A stretch of DNA of 64,000 nt from Eledone cirrhosa (lineage: Eukaryota), in the NCBI GenBank assembly GCA_964016885.1, contig OZ024743.1, positions 17,484,001 through 17,548,000 of the forward strand, written 5' to 3'. Position 1 is the first letter of the stretch, and every line of letters starts with the position of its first letter. Below the pieces are notes generated by a model. That model did not search any database. It was not told the DNA's origin and worked only from the letters and a program-made list of their open reading frames with translations. The position numbers were made by a program, and so were the translations under genes. Below are positions 1 to 13,031 of the stretch, piece by piece.

Positions 1-94
1 AAGACCCCGACAGCTGAGCTGTCCAGAATTAGCCGACTAGTCCAGAATTAGCCGTCGAAACGGCTTGAGCTCAGCTGTCGGGGTCTTACTGGTT

Positions 95-98
<4 letters not shown>
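1..98. repeat. Short fold-back repeat next to (TA)n; related copy at 55610-55674
   Basis: aagaccccgacagctgagct (1-20) is the reverse complement of 68-87. The internal direct repeat gtccagaattagccg occurs twice. The reverse complement of 39-98 matches 55610-55674. Confidence 0.7.
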
Positions 99-135
<37 letters not shown>

Positions 136-175
136 AAATAAATAAGTCAAATGTTTAAAATTTGGCTTCGATTAT

Positions 176-232
176 AACTGCTATATATATTTCGGTGACA
201 GCCATCTTTGGCTGTGTCCTCTTCAGGCAGTC
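176..232 (-). ncRNA. Type I hammerhead ribozyme motif (PLE pLTR)
   Basis: Minus strand reads GACUGC-CUGAAGA-GGACACAGCC-AAAGAU-GGCUGUCACC-GAA-AUAUAUAU-A-GCAGUU: intact core, stems I and II, palindromic stem III. Confidence 0.85.
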
Positions 233-1589
233 GGAATTAGTGTGGTAGAGACGAGTACACATGTTGTTTAGGTGTATAACTTTGTCAATACTCTGATATG
301 CCCAGTTCCTGTTTGGGTTGTTATTTCACTGAGGAACTCGAATCATATGAATTTAAACAAACGAATTTCAGCGTCAAAGGGCCTCTTCTCCTCTCATTGG
401 TCAGTTGTTAGAACATTCCTCGGTCAAAAGTCTATAGAAATTCGTTCTGAGGTAAGCCAGTCTGTAGTTGTTGTTCTTGTTATTGTTAGGTACATTCTCA
501 TGTTGGTAGTGATGTTGTTGTTGGAGTCAGATTTGAAAAATGGTGATAAAGTGGTAGAAGGAATAAGATGGTAAAGGAACAAAATAAAATAAAATAACCG
601 AATATAATGTGTGTGTGTTATACCCATCTCAATGCTATACAGATTTGTAAGGTCAAATTTCCCATTGGTCAGTTTTGAGAGCATTCCTCAGTCCAAAGTC
701 TATATAAAATCTTTCTGGGGTGCGGCTCCCTATAGTGTTTGTGTTTGCTATTGTTAAGTACATCAGACCTCTACCCTTATTGTGTTAGTGTTGTTAGTGT
801 TGTGATCAGCTTATGTCTTGCAGCTGCTGACAATTTAGAAGTATCTGTGTGTGTGTTTCTTCATCCTTCCTGCCACCATCTCCCGTGGTGGTGGTGGTAG
901 TGGTGGTGCTTTTGTTCTGCCATGTATATGAAGAAATAGAAGGCAATAAAATGAAGAAAACAGAAAATAAATAATAAATAGAAAATAAATGAAAAAATTA
1001 ATGAAAAAGTAATGAAGATTACTGAAAAATGAATATGGAAAATGAAAAATTAAGATGAAAAGTGAAAGTAAAAATGAAGATTCAAATAAAATAAGATGAA
1101 ATGTGTGTGTGCTATAACCGATCTCAAGGTCAGAAATATGTTGCATAGATTGGTAGGAGGAACAAGATGGTAAAATAATAAAACCGAAAAGGATAATCGA
1201 ATAAAATGTGTGCGTGTGTTATAACCAATCTCAAGTTAAATATAAATATAAGGTGATACAGTGATGAAAACAGAAAGCAAATAACAAATGAATAATGAGA
1301 AATCAAAAATCAAAAATCAAAAATCAAAAATCAAGTAAATTAAAATGTGTGTGTGTTATAAAGGTGTTGGCCAAATTATAAAGGCTGTGTCAGAATCAAT
1401 CTCTAGGCTATCATGGTGTCTGCTCAGCCTGGGTTGGTCCCTATGGCTTGAGAGCAGTTCCCAACCTATGGTGTTGTTACTGCCCATATAGCTTGAGGGA
1501 GGTCTGGCCGACAGGTGTCTACACGTTCTGGAGAAGTCCCTATAGCTTGAGGGGTGTTCAGATCTTATCGTGTTGCTATTGTCCATTCT

Positions 1590-3800
1590 GTGGTTTATCA
1601 GGCCGCTTCCACCTCTTAGTATCTCGAGGGTCTCATTCAGACATAGTTTGCATATGCAAGATCCCCCTTTATCGGGTGGTACTTTCCTGATTATGGACCT
1701 GGCCAGAGAGTACGGGGTCCTGTCCAGCTTAAGCTTCCAGATGAGGTCAGAGAGAGTCGTACTTTTCCTTTTGGCCTCTTTATTGAAGGAATGGCGATGG
1801 TTCTACCAGCAGTCTTTAAAGCTCGTTGATGTGGCTCCTATGTAGAGGTATTTAAAGTTGGGGGTTTTAACCCTACAAACGTATACTAGGTTCTTCTTAA
1901 GGTATTCATTACCAAGGGCATGATTCGGGGTTTCTGCAGTTGTAGAGGGCGGTCGACCTCTGGGAGGTCGACGTCTGTATGCCTAGATTGGAGTTTCCGT
2001 TAGGTGTTACATGGTGGTCTTCCCCCAGGCAGGGTGAGGGTCCCCGGGTCTGTTTGGGTTTCTTTGGTGGGCACTGGGTCCCCTTCCCTCGTTGCACATG
2101 GTCTTGTTGTGTGCTTGTATCGCCATCTTCTGGTTGTGTGTGGTTTTTAAGCCTACTCCTGTTGATGCTAGCTATGTGGTGGGCCAGATTTCTCGTGGTG
2201 GAATACGAGAGCTTCACAGTGTGTCTTTTGAAGATCTTGTGGTATCTATGGTCCCTCGGGAAGCATTTATCAAGCACTCCAAAGAATTATCGGGCCAAGC
2301 TGTTCTTTAGGGCCGCTGAGTAGGCTGTGTTGTACCACGTGATTTTTCTGTGTCTTCTCCTATATGTGTGTGTCGGGGGCGACGTGAGTTGTTGGCGATT
2401 TATTGTTTCCCGCATTGTTGCTTCCCCTTTGGGCGCAATGCGTTTTGCTATCTTCACGGCCCGAATCTGTGGGGTGGTCGTTGCCCGCGCTGGGAGATCT
2501 ACCGTGGGGTGGTCCCCCGTTTCAGCCCCCACGTGTCCTGCGGTTGGAGTCGTCGGGCCTGGGGTGGTTAGTATCACCCCGGAGTCTGCTACTGATATTG
2601 GGTTTCATCTCATGTTAAAGCGTACTCGTCACCAACGCCCGTGTGGTGGTGGCGGGCTCATGGTGCCTATATGTTTTTGTTCTGCCTGTATTGTTAGGGT
2701 CCTCACCCCGCCCAGACAAGGCGTGTGTGGGTGCCCGTTGGGCCAGCCTCATCCCGGTGTTTCGCACTATATGTTATAATTTGGCCATGTGCCGCCTTAT
2801 TTAGAGCTGCGTTGTAATATTCCGCTTTGTTATCAAATATTTCCTTACTTGCGGACAGGCTGGAGATCCTGTCCGAGACACTCTTCACCACAGCCTTGGT
2901 TATGGATCCAGGGTGGTTTGACTCGGCGTTAACATGCACGAGTTTCTCGTTGGGCTTGTGGTTGGGGTAGTATTGTTCGGTGTTCAGGTGGTTTAGGGTG
3001 GTGTCTAGGAAGTTGACTACCTTTCTATTTGTGTCTTGTTCTATACTGAGCCCCTGGTTGTTAAAGAAATGGCGAATACGCCTCCTCATTCCCTCCAACA
3101 TTTTGGTGCTGTGGTCATATACTATGAATAGAGCATCGTCACCATATAATCCCCCACTCAAGCAGGGGATTTAATCTGTTATCTGCTCCAGCATGAATAG
3201 CCCAACCAGGTCCGTTACCTGTGCTGAGTCGCTGGAGCTCATCGTGATGTCAAATATATTTGGCCAATCACTCCTGGTCCAAAGGTCTCCATAGAAACGC
3301 ATTAAGGTCTTTCTTGCGGCGTGGATGATGTTCACCTCCTCTCGGGTTAGGTCTGTATTGGACATCGCTAAAAATAGGGTCTTATTGAGTACTATGGGTG
3401 AGATTGAGGAGTAGTAGCCTGCGATATCCAATTGCATAAAGCTGGTCTTACTTTTCTCATGTAGTACCTTAAATCATTCTATTACCTCTCCCGTGCATGA
3501 CCATTGCTGTATTCTAGTTTTTTTCCGAAGCTTGGGTAGAACCCTATCTAGTATTCTTTTACTGACGATCCCTAGGTCAGATCTAGAGGGGGCTATTAGT
3601 CTGACAGGGTGGTCGAACTTAAGGTTTGGCTTGTGTTCTTTAAGGGTAATCCGCGGCTCTCTTGGTTGGTATGGGCCGTCCTGTCCTCTATGCCGAGTCC
3701 AGATATAATCATGTAAGCTGTGGCATTGATCTCATCCAGAGTAAATCCAGGTGTGTTTTTTAAGCACTTCCTCAGTTTCCTGAGAATTAGCTCAGTTACG
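1590..3800 (-). pseudogene. PLE RT + GIY-YIG ORF remnant with frameshifts and stops
   Basis: ORF pieces 3171-3437, 2703-3161, 2287-2577 and 1909-2277 are collinear with the intact ORF at 13254-14744. Confidence 0.88.
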
Positions 3801-3814
3801 TGAGAATAATCTCA

Positions 3815-5437
3815 GAACCGACTTCTTCGAGACATGCAGACCCCTCAGGGCCGGGACCTTCCTCAAGATATATGGACAGTAGCAACACAATAAGATCTGA
3901 ACACCCCTCAAACTATAGGGATTTCCCCAGAACATGTAGACAACTCTAGGCCAGACCTCCCTCACGCTATATGGGCTGTGACAACACCATAGGTTGGAAA
4001 CTCCCCTCAAGCTATAGGGACCAACCCAGGCTGAGCAGACACCATGATAGCCTAGATATTGATTCTGACACAGCCTTTATAATTTGGCCAACATCTTTAT
4101 AACAAACACACATTTTAATTTACTTGATTTTTGATTTTTGATTTTTGATTTCTCATTATTCATTTGTTATTTGTTTTCTGTTTTCTTCACTTTATCACCT
4201 TATATTTATATTTAACTTGAGATTGGTTATAACACACACATTTTAATTTATTATCCTATTTCGTTTTATACTTTTACCATCTTGTTCCTCTACCACTCTA
4301 TCCAACATATTTCTGACCTTGAGATTGGTTATAGCAAACACACATTTTATCTTATTTTATTTGAATCTTCATTTTTATTTTTCACTTTTAATCTTCCATT
4401 TTCATTTTCCATATTCATTTTTCAGTAATCTTTCATTACATTTATATAAATGTTTCAGTTATTCTCTATTTATTATTTATTTTCTGTTTTCTTCATTTTA
4501 TTGCCTTCTATTTCTTCATATACATGGCAGAACCACCACACCCAACCACCACCACCACCACCACCACCACCACGGGAGATGGTGGCAGGAAGGATGAAGA
4601 AACACACACACAGATAATTCTAAATTGTCAGCAGCAGCAAGACATAAGCTGATCACAACACCAACACTACTACCAAAAATAAGGGTAGAGGTCAGATGTA
4701 CTTAACAATAGCAAACACAAACACTACAGGGAGCCGCACCCCAGAAAGATTGTCTATAGATTTTGGACTGAGGAATGCCCTCAAAACTGACCAATGGGAT
4801 GTTTGACCTTACAAATCTTTATAGCATTGACATGGGTATAATAACACACACACACATTATATTCGATTATTTTATTTTATTTTGTTCCTTTACCATCTTA
4901 TTCCTTCTACCACTTTATCACCTTTTTTTTTTAAATCTGACTCCAACAACAACACCACTACCAACATAAGAATGTACCTAACAATAACAAGAACAACAAC
5001 TACGGATTGGCTTACCTCAGAACGAATTTCTATAGACTGTTGACTGAGGAATGTTCGAACAACTGACCAATGAGAGGAGAAGAGGCCCTTTGACGCTGAA
5101 ATTCGTTTGTTTAAATTCATATGATTCCAGTTCCTCACTGAAATAACAACCCAAACAGGAATTGGGCTTATCAGAGTATTGACAAAGTTATACACCTAAA
5201 CAACATGTGTACTCGTCTCTACCACAGTAATTTGGACTGCCTGAAGAGGTCAGGGCAAAAGATGGCTGTCACCGAAGTATATATAGCAGTAATAAACGAA
5301 GCCACATTTTAAACATTTGACTTATTTATTTTATTTTATTTTACATTACTCCGGAGTAACCGAACCAACCTGCGCACCTCGACGAGTGCTCCAATCTGCA
5401 TACTTAGGTGTTGGTATACAACCAACATATACTCAAA

Positions 5438-5440
<3 letters not shown>
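3815..5440 (+). mobile_element. Inverted 3' copy of PLE 1 (head-to-head partner)
   Basis: About 3871-5340 is the diverged reverse complement of about 130-1586. It extends ~100 nt further at the 3' end and stops at (TA)n. Confidence 0.9.
5235..5291 (+). ncRNA. Degenerate hammerhead motif (copy of 176-232)
   Basis: gactgc ctgaaga ggtcagggc..ggctgtcacc gaag tatatata gcagt; GAAA is changed to GAAG and stem II is weakened. Confidence 0.65.
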
Positions 5441-5489
<49 letters not shown>

Positions 5490-5496
5490 GTGTCTC

Positions 5497-5636
5497 TACT
5501 GTTGGCACAAGGCCAGCAATTACCTGAACTTTATTTTATCGACCTCGTAATTTGAAGCTCGAATGGCAAGGCGCGGAACTCTATGCATCAAAGTATGATG
5601 TTCGACCCTCTACCGATACTGTCAATCCACCGCCCA
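5497..5636 (-). mobile_element. tRNA-derived SINE, internally deleted copy
   Basis: Shares ggcacaaggccagcaatt, ttattttatcgacc and ccgatactg with the copies at 47506 and 53502. Confidence 0.7.
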
Positions 5637-5653
5637 TTATATATATATCTATA

Positions 5654-5719
<66 letters not shown>

Positions 5720-7314
5720 ATAGTATATATGTATCGTAGGAGAGGAGGAGATAGGGAGATACAGATAGGTGCGATACAGATTACTAAATGCCGATAGCCG
5801 AACCGAAATGTGCTCAATGCCTGGGTTAGCAGTGTTAAATATCAACGAGGAGTTAATATTCAGTAGAGTGTTCAAGCAGGCAGAAATATATATATATATT
5901 TTATATATATTTTATTTTTTGTATATATTTTTATATATATATAAATATATATATATAAGTGCATAGAATCATTAGATAAAATATATATACAGTATTTCTT
6001 CTCCTAATCAGCATAATCAACCACACAAAAATAATTTAAACTAAGCTATAAGTTATAATATACCTATGAAGTAATATTAGATAAATAAATGATACCTTTT
6101 ATCTGCGATTCACAGCCACAGAAAATGTATCTAGTATTTCTGATAGCCTGTAGAAATTGACTAGATATATAGTAAACCATACATAATTCGGTACAAAATC
6201 AATGTTAGAAGAAAAAAATGTACATAAACATACCAATATCATCAAAATATATCTCTATCCCCGGAGATTTCATTCACTCTTTGGATGTATCCGATCTTGG
6301 ATAAATCAACGAGTTTGGAAATCATCAGGAAATAAACTCAAATGGACAAATTTTTACTTAAATGATCCCCGCCAGAAACGAATTCAAAATGGCTAAGAGC
6401 TGTCACGTGGTCAGTGGTCAAGTCAGAAAGCTTGTGAGTGTTGCCCGTCGGCGAGTAGGCTGGTTGCTACAAAGCGCAGCCGAATACTGCCTAAAGATTT
6501 ACTCAACCTTACGGGAGTATATAAAATTTAAATATGTATATGCATTTAAACTAGACAGAGCTATAGCTACAATATATATATGTTTTTGGCAACCATTCAC
6601 GATGTGGCCCAATGACGAATTAATTAAATAATTAACAATCAGAGCAATATATAAAAAAAAGTAAGTCCATAGAATCATTAGATAAAATATATAAGAAAAC
6701 AATGAAGTTTCGTTTACATGTATTTAGTTTTCTATTTATCTATGTTTTCATTATATCTTAAGTGTGTATGTTTTTGCCAGGAATTTGGAATATGGTTTAG
6801 TTGATTGTATATCTGACTTTGTTATAATGCTCGTATCTATGAGGAAATATATTCTATCTCGAAAAGTAGATTGAAGCGGTAGTGGATTAATGAACTGTAT
6901 AACAAACACCGTACTTTTCGCTTCGTGTGTGTAGTAAACAAACCAGGAATCAGATTTGATTTTAAAATCCTATATTAATTCAACGCCAAATTTCCAATGT
7001 GCCCAGACTGACTGTTGATCTTTCTATATCTAAATTTACCTATCACGTTCATTCTACTAGATGTTCATGCTTACTTGACATTAATAAGATTAAACTTCAT
7101 CTTATACAAAATAAAATGTTTGGAATTTCGGTGATATAATTCAAAGCATATATATCATGTGTACATAAAGTACACTTATACATATGAAGAATAATGCAAT
7201 TACTAATTCTTTATGTGTATACCGTATTGCTACCATTCAGTGTTCTACTACTATTTCATTTTACTCTAGACCTACGTTATCATCCTCAAACTCATTACAT
7301 TATACTCCTCAGAG

Positions 7315-7370
<56 letters not shown>
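7315..7370. repeat. (TAC)n microsatellite
   Basis: Read directly from the sequence. Confidence 0.95.
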
Positions 7371-7664
7371 GTTACCAAAGCAATTTCTTCGTTGGCAATA
7401 AGTGCATAGATAGAGGGGACAATTTAATAAGACAGGGTCAGTGGGGATTTATAATCAGGTCTAGTAAAAGACATAAATAAAAAATAACAACAAACAAGAA
7501 AAATACAAACATCAGTGTTCCCCAATAGGAGGGATACATACCCAGGGGTGACTCAGGTATGTCTTGATGACCATCCAGGGACGACTTGCGTGAATGTCTA
7601 TACGTATATTTGGGGTTAAAATAAATCCCGGAAAACAATAGAACATTAAAAGGAAAACAGAGTC

Positions 7665-9210
7665 ATGATATAAGTTAAAACAATGAAATAAAAAATCAAG
7701 TAATTAGATATATACTTCAATACTTCGTTTCTAGGTGATGATAATACATCGTAACTACAGCTCGTTATCTATCTATGTAAGGGTAGTTACAAAATAACAG
7801 ATAAATAGAATATTTACGTACATGCATATCACCAGCTGTTGTCAAATGCAATAATAATTGTGTTCAAAATTAGTAGTAAATTTGTATTATGTTTAGTTCT
7901 ATGACCTTATTTGGAGGTAGCTGAAGAACTAACCAATGAGATTGATTTTTTTTCCATATGATGTTAAGATGAAAAATAATTCACTTTAGTTTTTAGGTGA
8001 ATATAGATTAAGGTCATGACTAGGAAAGATAGTATATTAAAAGATGAACATTATAATAAGATAATGAAATACAGTAATACAATAATATAATATAATTATT
8101 TCTACGTTAGGCACAAAGCCAGCAATTACCCAGTGCATTACTGGTACTTTATTTTATCGACCCCGTAAGGATGAAAGGCAAGGTTAACCTCGGCGGGATA
8201 ATGTAACACAATCTAGTACTGTGTGGTAAATTGTACTTAGTATAATACACGTATGATACGCCTTAAAATACTTTCAAATATGTCTATGCATAAATAATCA
8301 AACTCAGATAAATACATGTTGACAAAGTCAAAACGGATAAATGTCAAAGATCACAAAGTGCATATACCCACATTATAGATAGAGTTATAGTTATATTGAT
8401 ACTCAATTAAAAATATACATACGCATAAATAGATGCAAACATATACATACATCTACACATGTGCACACAATCATATACACATATGTCTATGTATACATAT
8501 ATATATTTACATATACACACCTATACACACATATATATGTATGCACACACACATATAAACATCCATACACATATAGTCGCATATACACACACACACACAT
8601 ATATATATATTCACATATCATACATACATAGATACATATTTACTGATGCAATTACGGGTGGTTGTGTACCTTTTTGCCCTTAGTCATTAACGCATAAATG
8701 TAAGAAAATTAAAAGATTAAAAGGTAATAAATAAGAATGAATGCGTATAATTAGGGGAAAGGGTACTAACAAATGTTACGCTACACAGATTTATAGTTAG
8801 TTGCTATTTAGAATATTTAATTAGGTTTTACAGTATACGGTGATTACAATTTATAATCATTTCCTGTCTTTTATTCAATAAATTGTTCTTAGATTTAGTA
8901 ATTTCCAAGATCTCCCCTGAACATAACCTGCATTCTCTCCTGTTTCCAAGATATGGAGTTCTTTGTAAAATGGTGTTCCACGATAGCTTGAAATCTATTT
9001 TTTTCTTTTTATAGTTATTTACATTTTCAGCTAAAGATGTGGTGTTAGCTAGTTTAGTATTGTTAAAACTACTAGTGTGTGCGTAAAATCTTTTCTTAAA
9101 TGTGTTTGATGTAGATCCTATATATGTTTTGTTGCAGTCAGTAGTAGACACAGTGCATTTATATATTACATTATTAATCAAACAGTTGCCATTTAAGGGG
9201 CAAATGCTAT
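7665..9210 (-). mobile_element. Inverted 3' copy of PLE 2 (GIY-YIG + 3' region); may extend left to ~7370
   Basis: Reverse complement of about 10855-12915. ORF 8828-9181 encodes VIYKCTV..YIGST..FKKR..CRLC. Confidence 0.9.
8097..8199 (-). mobile_element. 5'-truncated SINE inserted only in the left arm
   Basis: Matches 47506-47608 and is absent from the corresponding right-arm position near 12320. Confidence 0.8.
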
Positions 9211-11471
9211 TAGACAGATATGCCCATCAAAATCTGATATCGGTAATATCAGCAATAACATTGTTGATCGAATCATTCCACAAATTAGAAAATTTGTAAC
9301 ACTTCCATTATGTGATAACACTTCCCAAGTTATTGAATGGTTCACTAGCATCGACAATAAAAACTCAGCTTCATTCATCCAATTCGACATCGATTCGTAC
9401 TATCCTTCGATTTCTCCAATTCTTTTAAATTATGCACTGATCTTCGCCAGAAATAGATCGGATTTATCTACCGAGGAAATCAACATCATAACTCACGCTA
9501 GAAAAACCTTACACAACTTCCAAGAAGAGCAGTGGACTAGAAACACATATAACCACTTATTCGATATTACGATGGGATCCATGGACTCTGCTCAAGGTAC
9601 AGACCTCGTTGGACTAGTTCTCCCCCATAATATTCATTCCTCTTTTCCCCACCTCAAAGGTGGTATTTATCGGGATGATTGTCTATTGTTATCTAACAAT
9701 CTTAGTAATTCCAATATAGAGAAAAGCCAAAAAACAAATTAGAAAATTCCTCAAGGTCTACTACAACCTTAACATCACCTTTGGAAACACTTCAAAAGTA
9801 GCTAATTTCCTTGACGTTACCTGCGACCTCTCTACGAATATTTGTCAACCTTACCACAAACCCAAACATAATCTACACTATGTACATTCACGCTCTAACC
9901 ACCCTGGCTCTATACTCAAAAACTTAGTATATAACATATATCTTAGACTTTCTAAATTATCGTCCAATGAAGATATATTTTATAATAATGCACCCATCTA
10001 CAACGAGGCCTTAACTAGAAAGTGGATATAAAGAAATAATCTCATATATCCCCAACACTACTATGGACCAACATATAAAACCTATCTAAAACTACAAATA
10101 CCAAAAAATACCGCTCAAACAATAAATTAATGGGTTATTCATATTACACTAAACAACCGAAAACCACAACAACTATTACTACACGATCTATAACTAATGT
10201 TATAAACTCACATATAAGCATTCAAAATCTCATAATCTACCCAATAATAAGACCAAACACAACCACGGTAGTTTACCAAATTCCACAAATACGGATACTA
10301 ACCATAGGAATTCTTCTAGAACACAGCACATTAATATAAGTGGTAATAAGAACTTAACTAAAAACCGCAAAAAAACATAACATGGTACAACGCACCCTTC
10401 AGCCTGCAAACTATTGGACAAATCCCCAAAAATTCTTCGAAATTCTACATAAACATTTTCACCAAACCACATATACCACCAAATATTTAACAGCTATACT
10501 GTTAAATACTCATACTCTACATCAAACAATCTCCAGCAAAAAATAAGCAACTACAACATTTATAAATTTAAAAATAATATGACCACATCACCACAACATA
10601 ATTTAAATAGGACTGCATCGTTTAAAAGGACAAATAATACAATCCTTCAACCTGGAAAACACAACCACCCAAATCAACAACACAAAAACAACAGAACACA
10701 AAATCACAATACAACCCTAACACTAAACCACCCACAAAGCAACCTTCATTCTCCCGCTTACATTAATTACAATAGGAATAGCTCAAGGATTAATGATAAT
10801 GGTATAGGTACACCCAAAAACCATTTTACGTATGGTTGTAATTGCAGAAATAGAAGCATTTGCCTCTTAAATGGCAACTGTTTGATCAATAATGTAATAT
10901 ATAAATGCACTGTGTCTACTACTGACTCCAACAAAACATATATAGGATCTACATCAAAAACATTTAAGAAAAGATTTTATGCGCACTCTAGTAGTTTTAA
11001 CAATACTTAACTAGCTAACACTACATCTTTAGCTGAAGCAGTAAATAACTATAAAAAGAAAAAAATAGATTTCAATCAATCGTGGAAATTCTACAAAGAA
11101 TTCCATATCTTGGGAACAGGAAAGAATGCAGGTTATGTTCAGGGGAGATCTTGGAAATGATTAAATCTAAGAACGATTTATTCAATAAAAGACAGGAACT
11201 GATTATAGTTTGTAATCACCGTACACGAAAAACATTTAAATACTATAAACAAATTAAATATTCTAAATAGCAATTCACTATAATTCTGTGTAGCGTAACA
11301 TATGTTAGTACCCCTTCACCTAATTATACGCATTCATGCTTATTTCTTAACTTTTACTCTTTTAGCTTCTTTAGATGTATGCGTTAATGACTAAAAGCAA
11401 CAAGGTACACTAACACCCGTAATTGCATGAGTTAATAATGTATATATGTTTGTATGATATTTGAATATATT

Positions 11472-11543
<72 letters not shown>

Positions 11544-12915
11544 TGTGTGAGAGTATATGTTTATGATTGTTTATATGTGTGTGTGTACATGTATGTGTGT
11601 GTACATACACATATATATATGTGTGTATAGGTGATATATATAAATATATATATGTATATATATGCAGAGGTTATATTTAATTTGTTGGGATACAACAAGG
11701 TTAAAATATTATTATAACTGATATAAAGCACTCAACAGTTTATTGGAATAAATATACAATATATTAACAAGTGGAAACTATATTTATAAAACCTTATATA
11801 TTTTATTATACATATTTCAAGGGCCACCAATGCAAATCATGGTGCGCTTTCATCAGATAAAATAGAAAACACATTAGTTTTATAAATAAAATAAAACTAA
11901 TCTGTATTGTATTTTATCTGATGAAAGCGCACCATAATATGTCTCGGAGGCCCTTGAAATATGTATAATAAAATAAATATGGTTTTATAAATATAGTTTA
12001 CATTTGTTAATATATTGTATATGTATATATAGATATATGTGTATATGACGGTGTGCACATGTGTAGATGTATGTATATGTTTGCATCTATTTATGCGTAT
12101 GTACATTTTTAATTGAGTATCAATGTAACTATACCTCTATCTATATTGTGGGTATATGCACTCTGTGATCGATGAAATTCATGCGTTTTGACTATGTCAA
12201 CATGTATTTATCTGAGTTTGATTATTTATGCATAGACATACTTGAAAGGGTTTTACGGCGTATCATACGCGGTATTATACTAAGTGCAATTTACCACACA
12301 ATACTATATTGTGTTATATTATATTATATTATTTTATTACTATATTTCATTATCTTATTATAATTTTCATCTTTTAATATATTATCTTTCCTAGTCATGA
12401 CCTTAATTTATATTCACCTACAAACTCGATACAACACAACTCAACATTTAATTTTTACATTACTTTTAAACTTCGCTATACCATATACATTCAACTATCA
12501 ATTTGACAATTCCTTTCCTCCTAATAGATATGTTATAGTAATTCTATTATTAACACCATTCAACCATTCCTTTGAAAGGGTCATGACCTCAACTAAAGTG
12601 AATTATTTTTCATCTAAACATCATATTGAAAAAAAAAATCTAATTGGTTAGTTCTTCAGCTACCTCCAAATTAGGTCATAGAACTAAACATAATACTAAT
12701 TTACTACTAATTTTGAATAAAATTATTGCTTTTCACAACAGCTGTTGATATGCATGTGAATAAATATTCTACACATCTGATATTTTGTAACTAACCTTAC
12801 ATAGATCTATAACGAAGTATAGTTACGATGTATTAACATCACCTAGAAATGATTGGTAAAGCACTGAAATATATTTCTAATAACTTGATTTTTTTTATTT
12901 CAATGTTTTAACTTA
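9205..12915 (+). mobile_element. Penelope-like element 2 (Nematis-like), 5'-truncated, decayed
   Basis: IRQICPSKSDIG, FIQFDIDSYYPSI, FDITMGS.DSAQ.TDLVGL, GGIYRDD, NFLDVT, ITWYN, CNC..C.L.GNC and YIGST motifs, with frameshifts. Ends at (TA)n. Confidence 0.9.
11664..12017. mobile_element. Nested head-to-head pair of short PLE-like 3' ends
   Basis: Inverted arms at about 11756-11883 and 11890-12017. Hammerhead-like ctgatga..gaaa at 11918-11959. Homologous pair at 61771-61926. Absent from the left arm of PLE 2. Confidence 0.7.
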
Positions 12916-12955
12916 TATATATATATATATATACATATATACACACACACACATA

Positions 12956-13029
<74 letters not shown>

Positions 13030-13031
<2 letters not shown>

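Larger units (their letters stand above)
126..3800 (-). mobile_element. Penelope-like element 1 (C-terminal EN, Nematis-like), 5'-truncated, decayed
   Basis: Minus-strand fragments: RLIAPSRSDLG, MQLDIAGYYSSI, FDITMSSSDSAQVTDLVGL, GGLYGDD, VNFLDTTL, ITWYN, then NC..CP and the GIY-YIG region (LVYVCRV..YIGAT..FK..CKLC). A ~1.45 kb 3' region ends at (TA)n. Confidence 0.9.

Noticed and set aside
370-395. Second hammerhead in PLE 1 (agaagaggccc..gctgaaa on the minus strand)
   Set aside because: The CUGA core and stem I are missing in both copies.
272-1146. ORFs duplicated at 272-574/4890-5195 and 835-1146/4319-4597
   Set aside because: They arise from the inverted non-coding arms; no domain is recognisable.
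1440-1590. CRISPR-like repeat-spacer pattern
   Set aside because: These are degenerate tandem units in a retroelement 3' region; there are no unique spacers or cas genes, and the context is eukaryotic.
126-5440. DNA transposon with long TIRs
   Set aside because: The interior encodes PLE RT/GIY-YIG rather than a transposase, and the arm ends are unequal.
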